Positions 39,458 through 49,080 of a stretch of DNA of 64,000 bases are shown here, piece by piece. Below the pieces are notes generated by a model. The model saw only the letters and a list, made by a program, of their open reading frames with translations, was not told where the DNA came from and made no database searches. Location: positions 11 through 64,010 of the forward strand of contig JAFXGW010000003.1 in assembly GCA_017536685.1 (NCBI GenBank). The letters are read 5' to 3'. Position 1 is the first letter of the stretch. The number at the start of each line of letters is the position of its first letter. The stretch is from Clostridia bacterium. GTDB lineage: Bacteria; Bacillota; Clostridia; TANB77; CAG-508. Made by a program: the position numbers and the translations under genes.

Positions 39458-41101
39458 ATGAGAGGAAAAATCGTAAATTTATGTATTGGCCTAATGAATA
39501 TTTTATTTGGAATATTGATTATAGCATATACAATGGTAATTCCACAGGATAAAACAATAATGACTGTACAAGAAAATAATATAGTTACATATGTTATTTG
39601 GGGAATTTATATTCTAATGTTTATAACAGCGATAATTAATATTATTCAAAGTTACCATCATAGATCAGATACAGTATTCAACACTGCATATTTATTAGGT
39701 GCATTTATCATAAGTTTTTTATTTATAAAAGAGCCGATAATAGCCATATTTAGTATAACATCAGGGATTATAATCTTTTTTAAAAGCTTAAAAGAAAATT
39801 TAGTAGAATTAAATAGCATGACGGCGATTTCTATAGCTATAGTTATAATGGTAATTACTGTAATTCTTTCTATTTTTACTTTAAATTATGATTCAATAGG
39901 AAAATATATAAAAAATAAAGAAAATGAAAATGAACTGAAATATAAATCTGATTATTTTAAGTATATAACAGAATTAGAAGGAGAATTATATGAAACACCA
40001 TATCTAAATGTAAAAAAAGATGGTAAGTTCGGATATATAAATACAAAAGGCGAATGTATGATTGACTTTTTATATGACTATGCTAGTCCATTTGTTGAGA
40101 TAACAGCTTATGATAAAAAATTTCATATAGCCTTTGTTTGTAAAGATGGAAGTACAACAGTAATTCTAAAAAATGGAAGAGCTGTATTATCTTATAGAAC
40201 AGAAATAGTCAATGAAAATTATCAAGCAAAAATTCAAGAGCTAGAAAATATATATAAAAATTTATTAGGTCAAACTGGAAATATGGTTTATGAAATTCCA
40301 TTAATAAATAGCAATATATCTTCTGCGCCAGTGTATTTAGAAGTTTCGCCAGAATATTCATTTAGATATGATTACAATGAAGAATATGATTTAATTGTAA
40401 CACAATCTAACATGGGACTTGGAGATACTTATGAATTGGCAAAAAAAGATGACTTAGATATAAGAATAAAGTTAGATACTACGAACTTGGATTATGATTC
40501 TAGTAATTTATATTTGTTTTCAAATGGAAATATACCATTTTATGAATTATCTAGAAGAACTCAAGGTTGGTATACTCCATATGGAAAGAAAAATTCAATG
40601 ACTGGTCGAGCTCAAATTTTAGAATTTTATGGTAATGAAAGAATACTTTTAAAAAATTATAATGATAAAACTGTGTATTTTACCGATTTAGAGGGAAATA
40701 AATTATCAGAAACTTATAAAGATATTTTTGTTTGTAATGATGGACGATATATAGTTCAAGACGAAGAAAATGCATTTAAAATCATTGATGATTCCTATAA
40801 TTTAATATTTGAACAAAAATATGCTGCAATTAATCCAAGATTTGTTTCACAGGGGCTGTATTTAGTGATGGATTCAAGTCAAGGTATTAAAGCGAACGAA
40901 TATAAGTTCGCAATGCCAAATTGGAAATTAATGAATTATGATGGAGAAATTATTTTTGAAGGAATAGAACAGATTTATGATTTAATATACGAAATTCCTA
41001 ATGAAAACGAGGATAAAGAAGTTAATTATGAAATTTTTGAAAAGAGATTAAAAGCATTGAATTATAAATTTGTTGGGGATAGATTTTATTCAGAATACTA
41101 A
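39458..41101 (+). CDS. Polytopic membrane protein with C-terminal WG-repeat-like domain
   Basis: 547 aa. About 4 N-terminal TMs are followed by units such as DGKFGYINTKGECMIDFLYDYASPF. It is similar in organisation to 9901-11448. Confidence 0.55.
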   Translation: MRGKIVNLCIGLMNILFGILIIAYTMVIPQDKTIMTVQENNIVTYVIWGIYILMFITAIINIIQSYHHRSDTVFNTAYLLGAFIISFLFIKEPIIAIFSITSGIIIFFKSLKENLVELNSMTAISIAIVIMVITVILSIFTLNYDSIGKYIKNKENENELKYKSDYFKYITELEGELYETPYLNVKKDGKFGYINTKGECMIDFLYDYASPFVEITAYDKKFHIAFVCKDGSTTVILKNGRAVLSYRTEIVNENYQAKIQELENIYKNLLGQTGNMVYEIPLINSNISSAPVYLEVSPEYSFRYDYNEEYDLIVTQSNMGLGDTYELAKKDDLDIRIKLDTTNLDYDSSNLYLFSNGNIPFYELSRRTQGWYTPYGKKNSMTGRAQILEFYGNERILLKNYNDKTVYFTDLEGNKLSETYKDIFVCNDGRYIVQDEENAFKIIDDSYNLIFEQKYAAINPRFVSQGLYLVMDSSQGIKANEYKFAMPNWKLMNYDGEIIFEGIEQIYDLIYEIPNENEDKEVNYEIFEKRLKALNYKFVGDRFYSEY

Positions 41102-41137
41102 AATTGGAAATTAAAATAAAATATATTAGTTAATAAT

Positions 41138-41173
41138 AAAATAGAACTATTTTGTTGATAGTTCTATTTTTGT
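41138..41173 (+). terminator. Rho-independent terminator
   Basis: AAATAGAACTAT (41139-41150) pairs with ATAGTTCTATTT (41158-41169), followed by a T-run. Confidence 0.85.
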
Positions 41174-41249
41174 TTACACTTATATAAAAAATTAATAATA
41201 TTTTATTTATAATTGTGTAGATAAAATTGAATTATGGAGGTATGAAAAT

Positions 41250-41432
41250 ATGGATAAAATTAGTAATAATCAAAAAATTAAATGCACAGTTGAAAGTTGC
41301 AGCTTTAATAACTGTGATAACAACATTTGTGAATTAAAACAAATTGAAGTAAAAGCTTGTCCTGGATGTTCAACAGGAACACCGCAAGATGAATCTATGT
41401 GTGGAAGTTATCAATGCAAATGTAATCACTAA
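41250..41432 (+). CDS. DUF1540-like small cysteine-rich protein
   Basis: 60 aa. The duplicated pattern KCTVESCSFN...CELKQIEVKAC resembles DUF1540. SD GGAGG lies upstream. Confidence 0.6.
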   Translation: MDKISNNQKIKCTVESCSFNNCDNNICELKQIEVKACPGCSTGTPQDESMCGSYQCKCNH

Positions 41433-41436
41433 TATT

Positions 41437-41696
41437 CAAATAATAATTTGTCGGGAATATTATATAAGTTGCTCTCGGTTAATTTATATATTTTGTGTAA
41501 TTCGTTTTCTTACTGGTCGGGTGATAATTTGAAAATTGATCGCTCGTAGAAAGCTTTAAAAAGCTTTACTTCGCTAATTTTCAAATCATCAAAGCTTTCG
41601 GCGCACCCTCCCATTGCTGCGCGAAAACTTTTACAAAAATATATAAATTAACCTGTGGCAACATTTAGATTAAACAGCTCGACAAATTATTATTTG
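41437..41696. repeat. ~260-nt long imperfect inverted repeat / extended hairpin with GC-enriched asymmetric interior
   Basis: Three paired blocks were found by hand. 41437-41453 pairs perfectly with 41680-41696 (17 bp). 41477-41494 pairs perfectly with 41636-41653 (18 bp). 41522-41537 pairs with 41576-41591 (16 bp, 1 mismatch). The apex is AAAGC-loop-GCTTT at 41550-41567. A side hairpin GCGCA/TGCGC lies at 41601-41621. Confidence 0.8.
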
Positions 41697-41712
41697 TACA
41701 TATAAAATTCAC

Positions 41713-41741
41713 TTGACAGAGAAGCTACAAGATTATAAAAT
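41713..41741 (+). promoter_or_regulatory. Putative fba promoter (TTGACA-17-TAAAAT)
   Basis: Hexamers at 41713-41718 and 41736-41741. Confidence 0.55.
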
Positions 41742-41776
41742 AGTTAAGGAAATACAAATTTAAAGGAGGGTATATT

Positions 41777-42706
41777 ATGCCATTAGTAACAACAAAAGAA
41801 ATGTTTGAAAAATCAATGAAAGAACATTTCTCAATAGGAGCTTTTAATATAAACAATATGGAGTTTATACAAGCGATTACAGACGCAGCAGAAGAAGCAA
41901 AATCACCAGTTATTTTACAAGTTTCTTCAAGTGCTATAAAATATGCAAGAATGAATTATTTAATCAAAATGGTGGAGGCAGCAGTTGAATCAACAACTAT
42001 TCCAATAGCTCTTCACTTAGATCATGGTCCAGATTTTGAAACATGTAAAATGTGTATAGATGCTGGATTTACATCAGTTATGATTGATGGTTCAAAATAT
42101 GATTTTGAAGAAAATGTTGCATTAACAAAAAAAGTTGTTGAATATGCACATTCAAAAGGAGTTGTAGTAGAAGCAGAACTTGGAAAACTAGCAGGAGTTG
42201 AAGATGAAGTTAATGTTGCTGCTGATGATGCAAGATATACAGATCCAGATCAAGCATATGAATTTGTTCAAAGAACAGGTTGCGATTCACTAGCAATTGC
42301 AATTGGAACAAGTCATGGAGCTTATAAATTTAAAGGTGAAGCAAAATTAAGATTTGATATCTTACAAAAAATAAAAGAAAAATTACCAAATACACCAATA
42401 GTATTACATGGAGCTTCTTCTGTTATTCCAGCTCTTGTAGAAATGTGTAATAATAATGGTGGAAATATTCCAGGAGCAAAAGGATGCCCTGATGAAATGT
42501 TAAGAGAAGCTGGAGTAAATGGAGTTTCAAAAATAAATGTTGATACAGATTTAAGATTAGCGATGACAGCTCAAATAAGAAGAGCGTTTAATGAAGATCC
42601 ATCTGTATTTGATCCTAGAAAATATTTAGGACCAGCTAGAGATGAAATAAAAGCAACAGTTGCACAAAAAATCAATGATGTATTCTGTTCAGCAGGAAAA
42701 GCATAA
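41777..42706 (+). CDS. fba: Class II fructose-1,6-bisphosphate aldolase
   Basis: 309 aa. AFNINNMEF, LHLDHG, SVMIDGS, AIGTSHGAYK and VLHGASS motifs are present. Confidence 0.95.
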   Translation: MPLVTTKEMFEKSMKEHFSIGAFNINNMEFIQAITDAAEEAKSPVILQVSSSAIKYARMNYLIKMVEAAVESTTIPIALHLDHGPDFETCKMCIDAGFTSVMIDGSKYDFEENVALTKKVVEYAHSKGVVVEAELGKLAGVEDEVNVAADDARYTDPDQAYEFVQRTGCDSLAIAIGTSHGAYKFKGEAKLRFDILQKIKEKLPNTPIVLHGASSVIPALVEMCNNNGGNIPGAKGCPDEMLREAGVNGVSKINVDTDLRLAMTAQIRRAFNEDPSVFDPRKYLGPARDEIKATVAQKINDVFCSAGKA

Positions 42707-42738
42707 TATATAATATAAAAAATAACTTAAAAATAATT

Positions 42739-42778
42739 AAAAGAGATTTTAAGCATAAAACTTAAAATCTCTTTTTTG
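42739..42778 (+). terminator. fba terminator
   Basis: AAGAGATTTTAAG (42741-42753) pairs with CTTAAAATCTCTT (42761-42773), followed by a T-run. Confidence 0.85.
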
Positions 42779-42890
42779 TTAAATTATTAAGTGATAAAAT
42801 ATTGCAAAAAAGTTGATTAGATAAAAAATATGACTTAAATATACAAAAAACTAATGTTGTTAATTGTAAAAAACACATATAAAGTGATTG

Positions 42891-42920
42891 AAAAGTAATC
42901 AAAAAGTAACCGAAAAGTAA
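42891..42920 (+). promoter_or_regulatory. Three direct AAAAGTAA(T/C) repeats spaced exactly 11 nt apart
   Basis: The copies start at 42891, 42902 and 42913. They end ~23 nt upstream of the -35 element of the putative promoter at 42943. Confidence 0.4.
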
Positions 42921-42942
42921 TATGAGATTTTAGGGGGAATTA

Positions 42943-42971
42943 TTGAATTTTTGAGTGAAAAATAGTATGAT
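42943..42971 (+). promoter_or_regulatory. Putative promoter of the giant-protein gene (TTGAAT-17-TATGAT)
   Basis: Hexamers at 42943-42948 and 42966-42971. Confidence 0.4.
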
Positions 42972-43044
42972 AAATACGTATAAATATATGACTGATAGTA
43001 GTATAGAATAAGAAAATATAAGTAGAAAGGGGTTATTAGAGTAA

Positions 43045-46000
43045 ATGAAAAAAAGAAATAAAAATGTATTTTTATCTATAATTATTTTAATTTGCTTTGC
43101 CTTTTTACCTTATAATGTGATTCTTTCTAAAGCCGATGTAACTGTAGAAGAAAATTATAAATCAAATCAAATTTTTGAAAATACAATTAATAACAGTATA
43201 AATACTTTTGAAAATGAAAATATAATTAATAATAATACAAATATTTTGGGAATTGAAAATAAAATTAATGATGATACCAATACTTTTGAAATTGAAAATA
43301 CAATTAATACAGATGTGAATTCTGTTTCAAATAATCAAGAAAATATTAACGAGAATATTGTAACAAATACATTTAATATAACAGATAGCACATTAAAAAC
43401 AAATTCAACTGAAAAAAAAGAAAGTATTACTTTTAATAATATAGCGGCAATAAACGAAGAATCAGAAGCAACACCTATAGCAGAAACAAGTTTAGTATCA
43501 ACTTTATGGGATACTAACCAATACTCAGCAGGAACAGGGACGCCACTTACAGCAGAGGGAACAGAAATATTAGGGTGGCAAGCTGAAACTAATAAATATT
43601 TACAAATAGATCCAGTGGTTCCAGCTGATGGAAATACATATTTTATTTCTGTTATTATGCCACAGGAATTTTATATAGTAGGTTCAGAACTTGCCCTACA
43701 AGCGGGATACCAAAGCGTAGAATTTACAAAAAATGAAGATATACTGATAAATGAAAATACTACTTTAAAACTTTATGGCTATAGTGGAATTACTAAATAT
43801 ACTTTAAATAATATGGGAATAACTGGTACAATTCAATTAGAAGTTTCTTATGATGTTCGTTTATGGGACAAACAAGCAAACTCATCTATTACAGCAGACG
43901 GAGTAAAACCAATTATAATTACTTTGTCAAGGAAAGATTCAGCTGGAAACATTACAGAGCTTAATAGAGTATTTGTTTCTAAAGTTACAGCTGGAACAGG
44001 AATAGTAGACTCAATGTCGTTACAAGGAATGATTCAAGGTGAGACGTCTTATTCGAATTCCCTAACTGTTCCAAAAGATAAATACATAACAGTTTTTTAT
44101 GAAATTAGCGATAACGAGTTAAAATCTAGAAGAAAGTTCTATCCAAATGCAACAATGACAATTAAACTTCCTTATTATACACATACAGACGGAACTAAAT
44201 ATTATATACCATTTGACCAGGATTCTTTAAAATTTCCAGGAATGAGTTTTTCTTCAAAAGCAGTAGATACAACAAAACTAGAATCGGATGGAATCATAAC
44301 TATTACTTTTACAAATGCATATTGGAATACATCAAAAGTAGTACAGTTTATAGTTGGACCACCAACTGATGAAATATTAGCGTTAGATGTAAATTCTTAT
44401 AGATTTGCAAATGGTAATATTACTATAATGGTAGATGGAAAAAATGGCTCAAAAGGTATACGATATTCTTCAACAAATATGATAATAGCTAATTATCAAA
44501 AAGAAGTCTTGGAAAAAGTATCACTTTCTTCCAGTAGCAGAGCTGTTACAATAGTTGAACGACCAAATGAAGCAGTTTCATTGCTTGGGGGATTCTATTT
44601 GAAAAATACTGGTATTGGAGATAGCTGTGCTAAAACAATAGATATGACATTTGATATCAAAAATACAAATAAAATAAGAGTTACAACAGTAAACACTTTT
44701 GCAGATACCTTACAAGAATATATACTAATAAATTACACATTAGTAGATGAAAATGGAGAAATTGTTTACTTAGACTCAGAGGGAAATAGAGTAACAGCTC
44801 AAACAGACGGAGCAATTAGTCAATGGACATATAATATGAAAAATAGTTATTATGGTTCAACTGAAAAAAGCAATTTGAGAAATAAGTTTGTTCGTTCAAT
44901 GCTTCCTAGCTCTCAAAAAAAATATTATTTTAAAACAATAAATTATACAATAAAAACAATAGAAGCACATGCTTCATTACAACAAAATTCAGCTAGCGCA
45001 ACATTAGTAGCAGCCGGAAACTTTTTAGGATATGTAGATGATAAAAATGGAATATCAGGAGATATAAGCCAAAGTTCAATGGTTGTATCTTCCGAAAATA
45101 TTAGTATTGCAGATTTAAAAGCTACATCAACAACAACATTAAGAGATACAAGTAATCCAACATATACAATTGATAATTTAAATATGAATAAAACAAGTAT
45201 TCGAGCTGGAGAAAGCCTTACTGTTAGTGGAAGATTAAATGCAGTTACATATCCTTATGGAAATTCAACTTGGATTAAAAATATTACATTAGCAGCTGTT
45301 TTACCAAAAGAAATTTCAATAAATGAGCAATCTGTTGTTATAAAAAATGTTAATGGAACTAAAATAAATGGTTTTTCAATAACAAGTGAAAATATATCTG
45401 ATGGTAATAAGCTATGGAAAATAAGGTTTCCTTCAGATATATATATTGGAGCAGCAACTGAAAATTTAAATAATTTTTCATCTGGTTTGAGAATAACTTT
45501 TAGTATGCAATTAGACACTGCTTATACTATGAATAGTACAACATTATATGCAAAAGATATATTTTTTGCAGCAGCATATAAACAAACTAATTCAGCAGAT
45601 GGTTCATATGCGTGGGCTAAAACTACAGATATTTATGATTTGAATGAAAACGGTTCAAAAACGGACGCAATTGCAAGAGCAAGTACAACTGTAACAAAAA
45701 GCTGTCAAATTTCTTCTGAAACTTCAACATTAGATATAAATGACTCAATATCAATAGAAAGACAAGGAATAGTAATTTCAGATTCTAATGATGGCTATTT
45801 ATTATCAGATAAAGATATAGTTCATTATAATTTAGATATTGGCTGTTTTTCAGGCGGTAGAGCTGAAAATGTTTCGTATTATATACCGATACCAAAAAAA
45901 TCTTCAAAAGTAGATAATTTTTTAATAAAACAAAGTTCAACAAGAAATTTTGATTTTATTCTTAAAGAACCGGTTAGTATATCAGGAAATGATTTGTTTA

Positions 46001-48045
46001 ATATAGAATATTCTTTTGAAGAAGGATTAAATTATATAGAAGCACAAGAAGCAACTGATTGGTATACACAAGATGATATTGAAAATGATTCGAGTTTAAA
46101 TATACAAGATGTTACAATTATAAAATTAACAGTAAAAGACGTAGGTATTCAAAATGGTAATCAAACTAGAATAACAGCAAAGTTATTATATGAAGGAGAA
46201 AAATATTTAGAGGAAACTGGTTTTGAAAATATATGGCATAGTGGTGGTTTTTATAAATATATAAGCGGAGACAGAGAAACTGCTGGAAATTATATTACTC
46301 CAGGAATTAAGATGAGTATAAAAAATATAGTTGAATGTGATGATATTACTTTAACTGCTGCTAAAAATATGACCCCCAATATTACAGGAAATGTTAATGA
46401 ATTTGTTGTAGAAAAATCATCATTTGTAAATTTTGAAAATTCACATGATTTATCTTTAATTTCAGTAGAAACTTATAATGTTACATTACAAACTAAAGAT
46501 TATATTTTGGCAAATACTGGTATGTCAGGGATTGAGGCAAATAAAACTTTTGCGATTTCAGTAAAAACAGAAAATGAAGAAGAATTAGATATATTATCTT
46601 CAATAACTGCTGAAAATCCTATAAAAGTAGGAAAATGTGAACAAAAGGATTCTCCTGAATTTACATATAAAATATATAATGCTGATTCTCTTACAGATAA
46701 TTCACAAACAAGATATATAGTGCTTACTTATCAAAGTGATAATGGATTAACAATAAAGCAAAAAATAAATATTAATAGAGAGATAGCAGGTGCTTCTGAT
46801 CCTAAATCAGCAATAGTTGCTGGTAAAAGATATTTAAATTATGATGATACAACAACAGAAGTTACAATTAGTGAAAATTCTGCTTTTACAGCTCAATTTA
46901 TAGTAGAATATATACCAGATAATTATTCAGGACAAAGTTTTGAATTTTCAGACAAACTTCCGAATGGAACAACTTTAGTTCTCGGAAATTTATCTACAAA
47001 TGAAACGCCAACTTATTGGTACTACGAAGTTGGAACTGACGAAAAATCAACTTTTAATTTTACGGATTTTAATTTAATGGGAAAAACAAGTTCAGACAAA
47101 TATAAATTACCAACTGGAATAGATGTTATAGAAGAAAGATTACTGTTAATTGTAGATTTTTCAGAAGTAAAAAATTATTTAGAAGAAAAATCATACGCAG
47201 TCAAAATGAAACTTGGTGGTAACACAAGTATTGAAGATTTTTTAACGGATGATATGCTTTTTACAACAAAGAAGGTAAGTGAGTTTACACTAGATGATAT
47301 ACAAAATGTAAATTTAGGGACCAAATTTAATGTGGGATATTCAGCAAATTTAAGTTTAGGAGCAGAATCTACATATGAAGGAAGAAGATTATCTTTGATT
47401 TTGAAAGCTCCAAATAACATAATGCAAGATACAAGTTTGACGGTAAATGGTTCAACAACATATTATTTAAATTCAGAAAACGAATTTATAATTCCTTTAA
47501 CAGATATAAAAAACATTAAATCAACTATAGAATTAGAATTATTATCAAATACACCAATATATAATAGTGAAAGTTATGAATTTGAAGCTAGTTTATGGGT
47601 TTCAGCAACAGCAAATTTTGAAGCTCCTAAATTTGGAGAAAAAGTTTCAAGTAAAACTTTTACGCTGAATGTAGAAAATTTTAAAAATCCATCTTTGAAA
47701 GTAACGAATATGAATACAAGAATAATACACAGGAAAGACTTATCAGAGACTTTTTCTACCACTTATGAATATATTGCGGCAAAAAATTGTTCTATAACTG
47801 TAGAATTGCAAAAAAAGAATGGAGCTGCATATCAAAAAATGACTGATAAATTGAATAAAGTGAATAATACAACAGTTCATGATATGGGAATATTTAATTT
47901 AACTGCCAAAGAAGGCATAAATACCATAAACTTTAATCTTTCATCTACTACAGAGAATAATACATATAGATTAGTATTTAAAGTATTAGATGAAAATAGT
48001 ACTAAAATATTAGAAATACCATATAACTTTATTGTTATAGACTAA
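43045..48045 (+). CDS. Giant (1666 aa) secreted protein, probable surface/adhesin-like beta-rich protein
   Basis: It has a Sec signal peptide (MKKRNKNVFLSIIILICFAFLPYNVILSKA/DV) and an N-rich degenerate repeat region, followed by ~1500 aa rich in T/S/N/G/Y. I found no LPxTG, no TM anchor and no recognised catalytic motif. Confidence 0.7.
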   Translation: MKKRNKNVFLSIIILICFAFLPYNVILSKADVTVEENYKSNQIFENTINNSINTFENENIINNNTNILGIENKINDDTNTFEIENTINTDVNSVSNNQENINENIVTNTFNITDSTLKTNSTEKKESITFNNIAAINEESEATPIAETSLVSTLWDTNQYSAGTGTPLTAEGTEILGWQAETNKYLQIDPVVPADGNTYFISVIMPQEFYIVGSELALQAGYQSVEFTKNEDILINENTTLKLYGYSGITKYTLNNMGITGTIQLEVSYDVRLWDKQANSSITADGVKPIIITLSRKDSAGNITELNRVFVSKVTAGTGIVDSMSLQGMIQGETSYSNSLTVPKDKYITVFYEISDNELKSRRKFYPNATMTIKLPYYTHTDGTKYYIPFDQDSLKFPGMSFSSKAVDTTKLESDGIITITFTNAYWNTSKVVQFIVGPPTDEILALDVNSYRFANGNITIMVDGKNGSKGIRYSSTNMIIANYQKEVLEKVSLSSSSRAVTIVERPNEAVSLLGGFYLKNTGIGDSCAKTIDMTFDIKNTNKIRVTTVNTFADTLQEYILINYTLVDENGEIVYLDSEGNRVTAQTDGAISQWTYNMKNSYYGSTEKSNLRNKFVRSMLPSSQKKYYFKTINYTIKTIEAHASLQQNSASATLVAAGNFLGYVDDKNGISGDISQSSMVVSSENISIADLKATSTTTLRDTSNPTYTIDNLNMNKTSIRAGESLTVSGRLNAVTYPYGNSTWIKNITLAAVLPKEISINEQSVVIKNVNGTKINGFSITSENISDGNKLWKIRFPSDIYIGAATENLNNFSSGLRITFSMQLDTAYTMNSTTLYAKDIFFAAAYKQTNSADGSYAWAKTTDIYDLNENGSKTDAIARASTTVTKSCQISSETSTLDINDSISIERQGIVISDSNDGYLLSDKDIVHYNLDIGCFSGGRAENVSYYIPIPKKSSKVDNFLIKQSSTRNFDFILKEPVSISGNDLFNIEYSFEEGLNYIEAQEATDWYTQDDIENDSSLNIQDVTIIKLTVKDVGIQNGNQTRITAKLLYEGEKYLEETGFENIWHSGGFYKYISGDRETAGNYITPGIKMSIKNIVECDDITLTAAKNMTPNITGNVNEFVVEKSSFVNFENSHDLSLISVETYNVTLQTKDYILANTGMSGIEANKTFAISVKTENEEELDILSSITAENPIKVGKCEQKDSPEFTYKIYNADSLTDNSQTRYIVLTYQSDNGLTIKQKININREIAGASDPKSAIVAGKRYLNYDDTTTEVTISENSAFTAQFIVEYIPDNYSGQSFEFSDKLPNGTTLVLGNLSTNETPTYWYYEVGTDEKSTFNFTDFNLMGKTSSDKYKLPTGIDVIEERLLLIVDFSEVKNYLEEKSYAVKMKLGGNTSIEDFLTDDMLFTTKKVSEFTLDDIQNVNLGTKFNVGYSANLSLGAESTYEGRRLSLILKAPNNIMQDTSLTVNGSTTYYLNSENEFIIPLTDIKNIKSTIELELLSNTPIYNSESYEFEASLWVSATANFEAPKFGEKVSSKTFTLNVENFKNPSLKVTNMNTRIIHRKDLSETFSTTYEYIAAKNCSITVELQKKNGAAYQKMTDKLNKVNNTTVHDMGIFNLTAKEGINTINFNLSSTTENNTYRLVFKVLDENSTKILEIPYNFIVID
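43174..43310 (+). repeat. Degenerate in-frame repeats (FENxIN / IENxIN units) at the N-terminus of the giant protein
   Basis: GAAAATACAATTAATA occurs at 43177-43192 and 43294-43309. AATACTTTTGAAA occurs at 43201-43213 and 43279-43291. Confidence 0.7.
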
Positions 48046-48105
48046 CTAAATTATAAAAATAATCAATATTGTATATGTGTTTAAAAGAACATTGGAAAGG
48101 ATACT

Positions 48106-48915
48106 ATGTCATATAAAAATGATTTTAAACGAAAAAAAATAATTAAAAAAAATAAACTTAAAACAATTAGGAACTTGAACTTTAATACAATATGTCTAAT
48201 ATTAATACCAATATTTTTTATAGGTGGAACTCTAGCTAAATATATAAATAACAAAACGACAGATTTAATTTATGAGGCTAAAAAATTTTATTTTGAAAGT
48301 GATTTATTAACTGATAATACTAATTTGGCAGCATATACATACAGTGTTGGGAGCGATACAATTAAGATCGAAATAAAAAACAATATAGATGAATTAAGAT
48401 ATTCTGAAGTTGAAACAAAATATGAAATAAAAATAACAGATATACATGGAAATTCTATTAAAGATAAAGATGGAAATGTGGTTAGTACCATAAATGGTAC
48501 TTTATCCAAAAATCAAATGGATAAAGATATTGTGGAATTTACTAACCTCCCAACAGGAAACTATGTAGTTATTGCACAAGCTTTATCTCCTTATACCAAA
48601 ACAATTCAAGCTTCTTTTGTATTAACAGAAAAACAGGAAGAATTAAGCTATACGGTTAATGATTCACAAGAAAGTCCAATTTTACAAATTACAGTTCTAT
48701 CTGAAGATTATTCAGGAAATGTAAAGATAACTTGGCCATCTGGAATCGCACCAGATAGTACCAATTCGGAATTTAAAGATATAGATACAGGATATAATGC
48801 TGGATCAACAGTGATTTCTTTTGAAGCAAATTCAGAAAACAATTTTAAATTTTTTAAGAAAAATCCATCACTAGTATATGATAATAATGATTTTGGTGTA
48901 GAAAGAAGTGAATAG
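48106..48915 (+). CDS. Hypothetical exported protein with basic N-terminus and SipW/TasA-like signal segment
   Basis: 269 aa. The N-terminus KRKKIIKKNKLK...ICLILIPIFFIGGTLAKYINNKTTD resembles the ...GGT(F/Y)A(Y/F)F..D pattern of SipW-cognate (TasA/camelysin-type) signals. The remainder is beta-rich. SD GGAAAGGA lies upstream. Confidence 0.5.
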   Translation: MSYKNDFKRKKIIKKNKLKTIRNLNFNTICLILIPIFFIGGTLAKYINNKTTDLIYEAKKFYFESDLLTDNTNLAAYTYSVGSDTIKIEIKNNIDELRYSEVETKYEIKITDIHGNSIKDKDGNVVSTINGTLSKNQMDKDIVEFTNLPTGNYVVIAQALSPYTKTIQASFVLTEKQEELSYTVNDSQESPILQITVLSEDYSGNVKITWPSGIAPDSTNSEFKDIDTGYNAGSTVISFEANSENNFKFFKKNPSLVYDNNDFGVERSE

Positions 48916-49080
48916 CAAATAGAAACTTTTATGAAAAGATATTAATAAAATTAAATTAATAATATAACACCAAGATATATTTCAAATAGAATAAAAGAAA
49001 TAGTTTTAATAAAAATTAATTTTAAATTTTTGTAGTATTTTTTTAAACTTTAATATATAATATTTGCATGAGGTGAGAAA

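Noticed and set aside
48043-48108. The giant ORF (43045) and the next ORF (48106) are in the same frame, which raised the possibility of a readthrough or fusion.
   Set aside because: Two stop codons (48043-48045 and a TAA within the spacer) separate them, and the second ORF has its own strong SD (GGAAAGGA). A same-frame arrangement is expected by chance one time in three.
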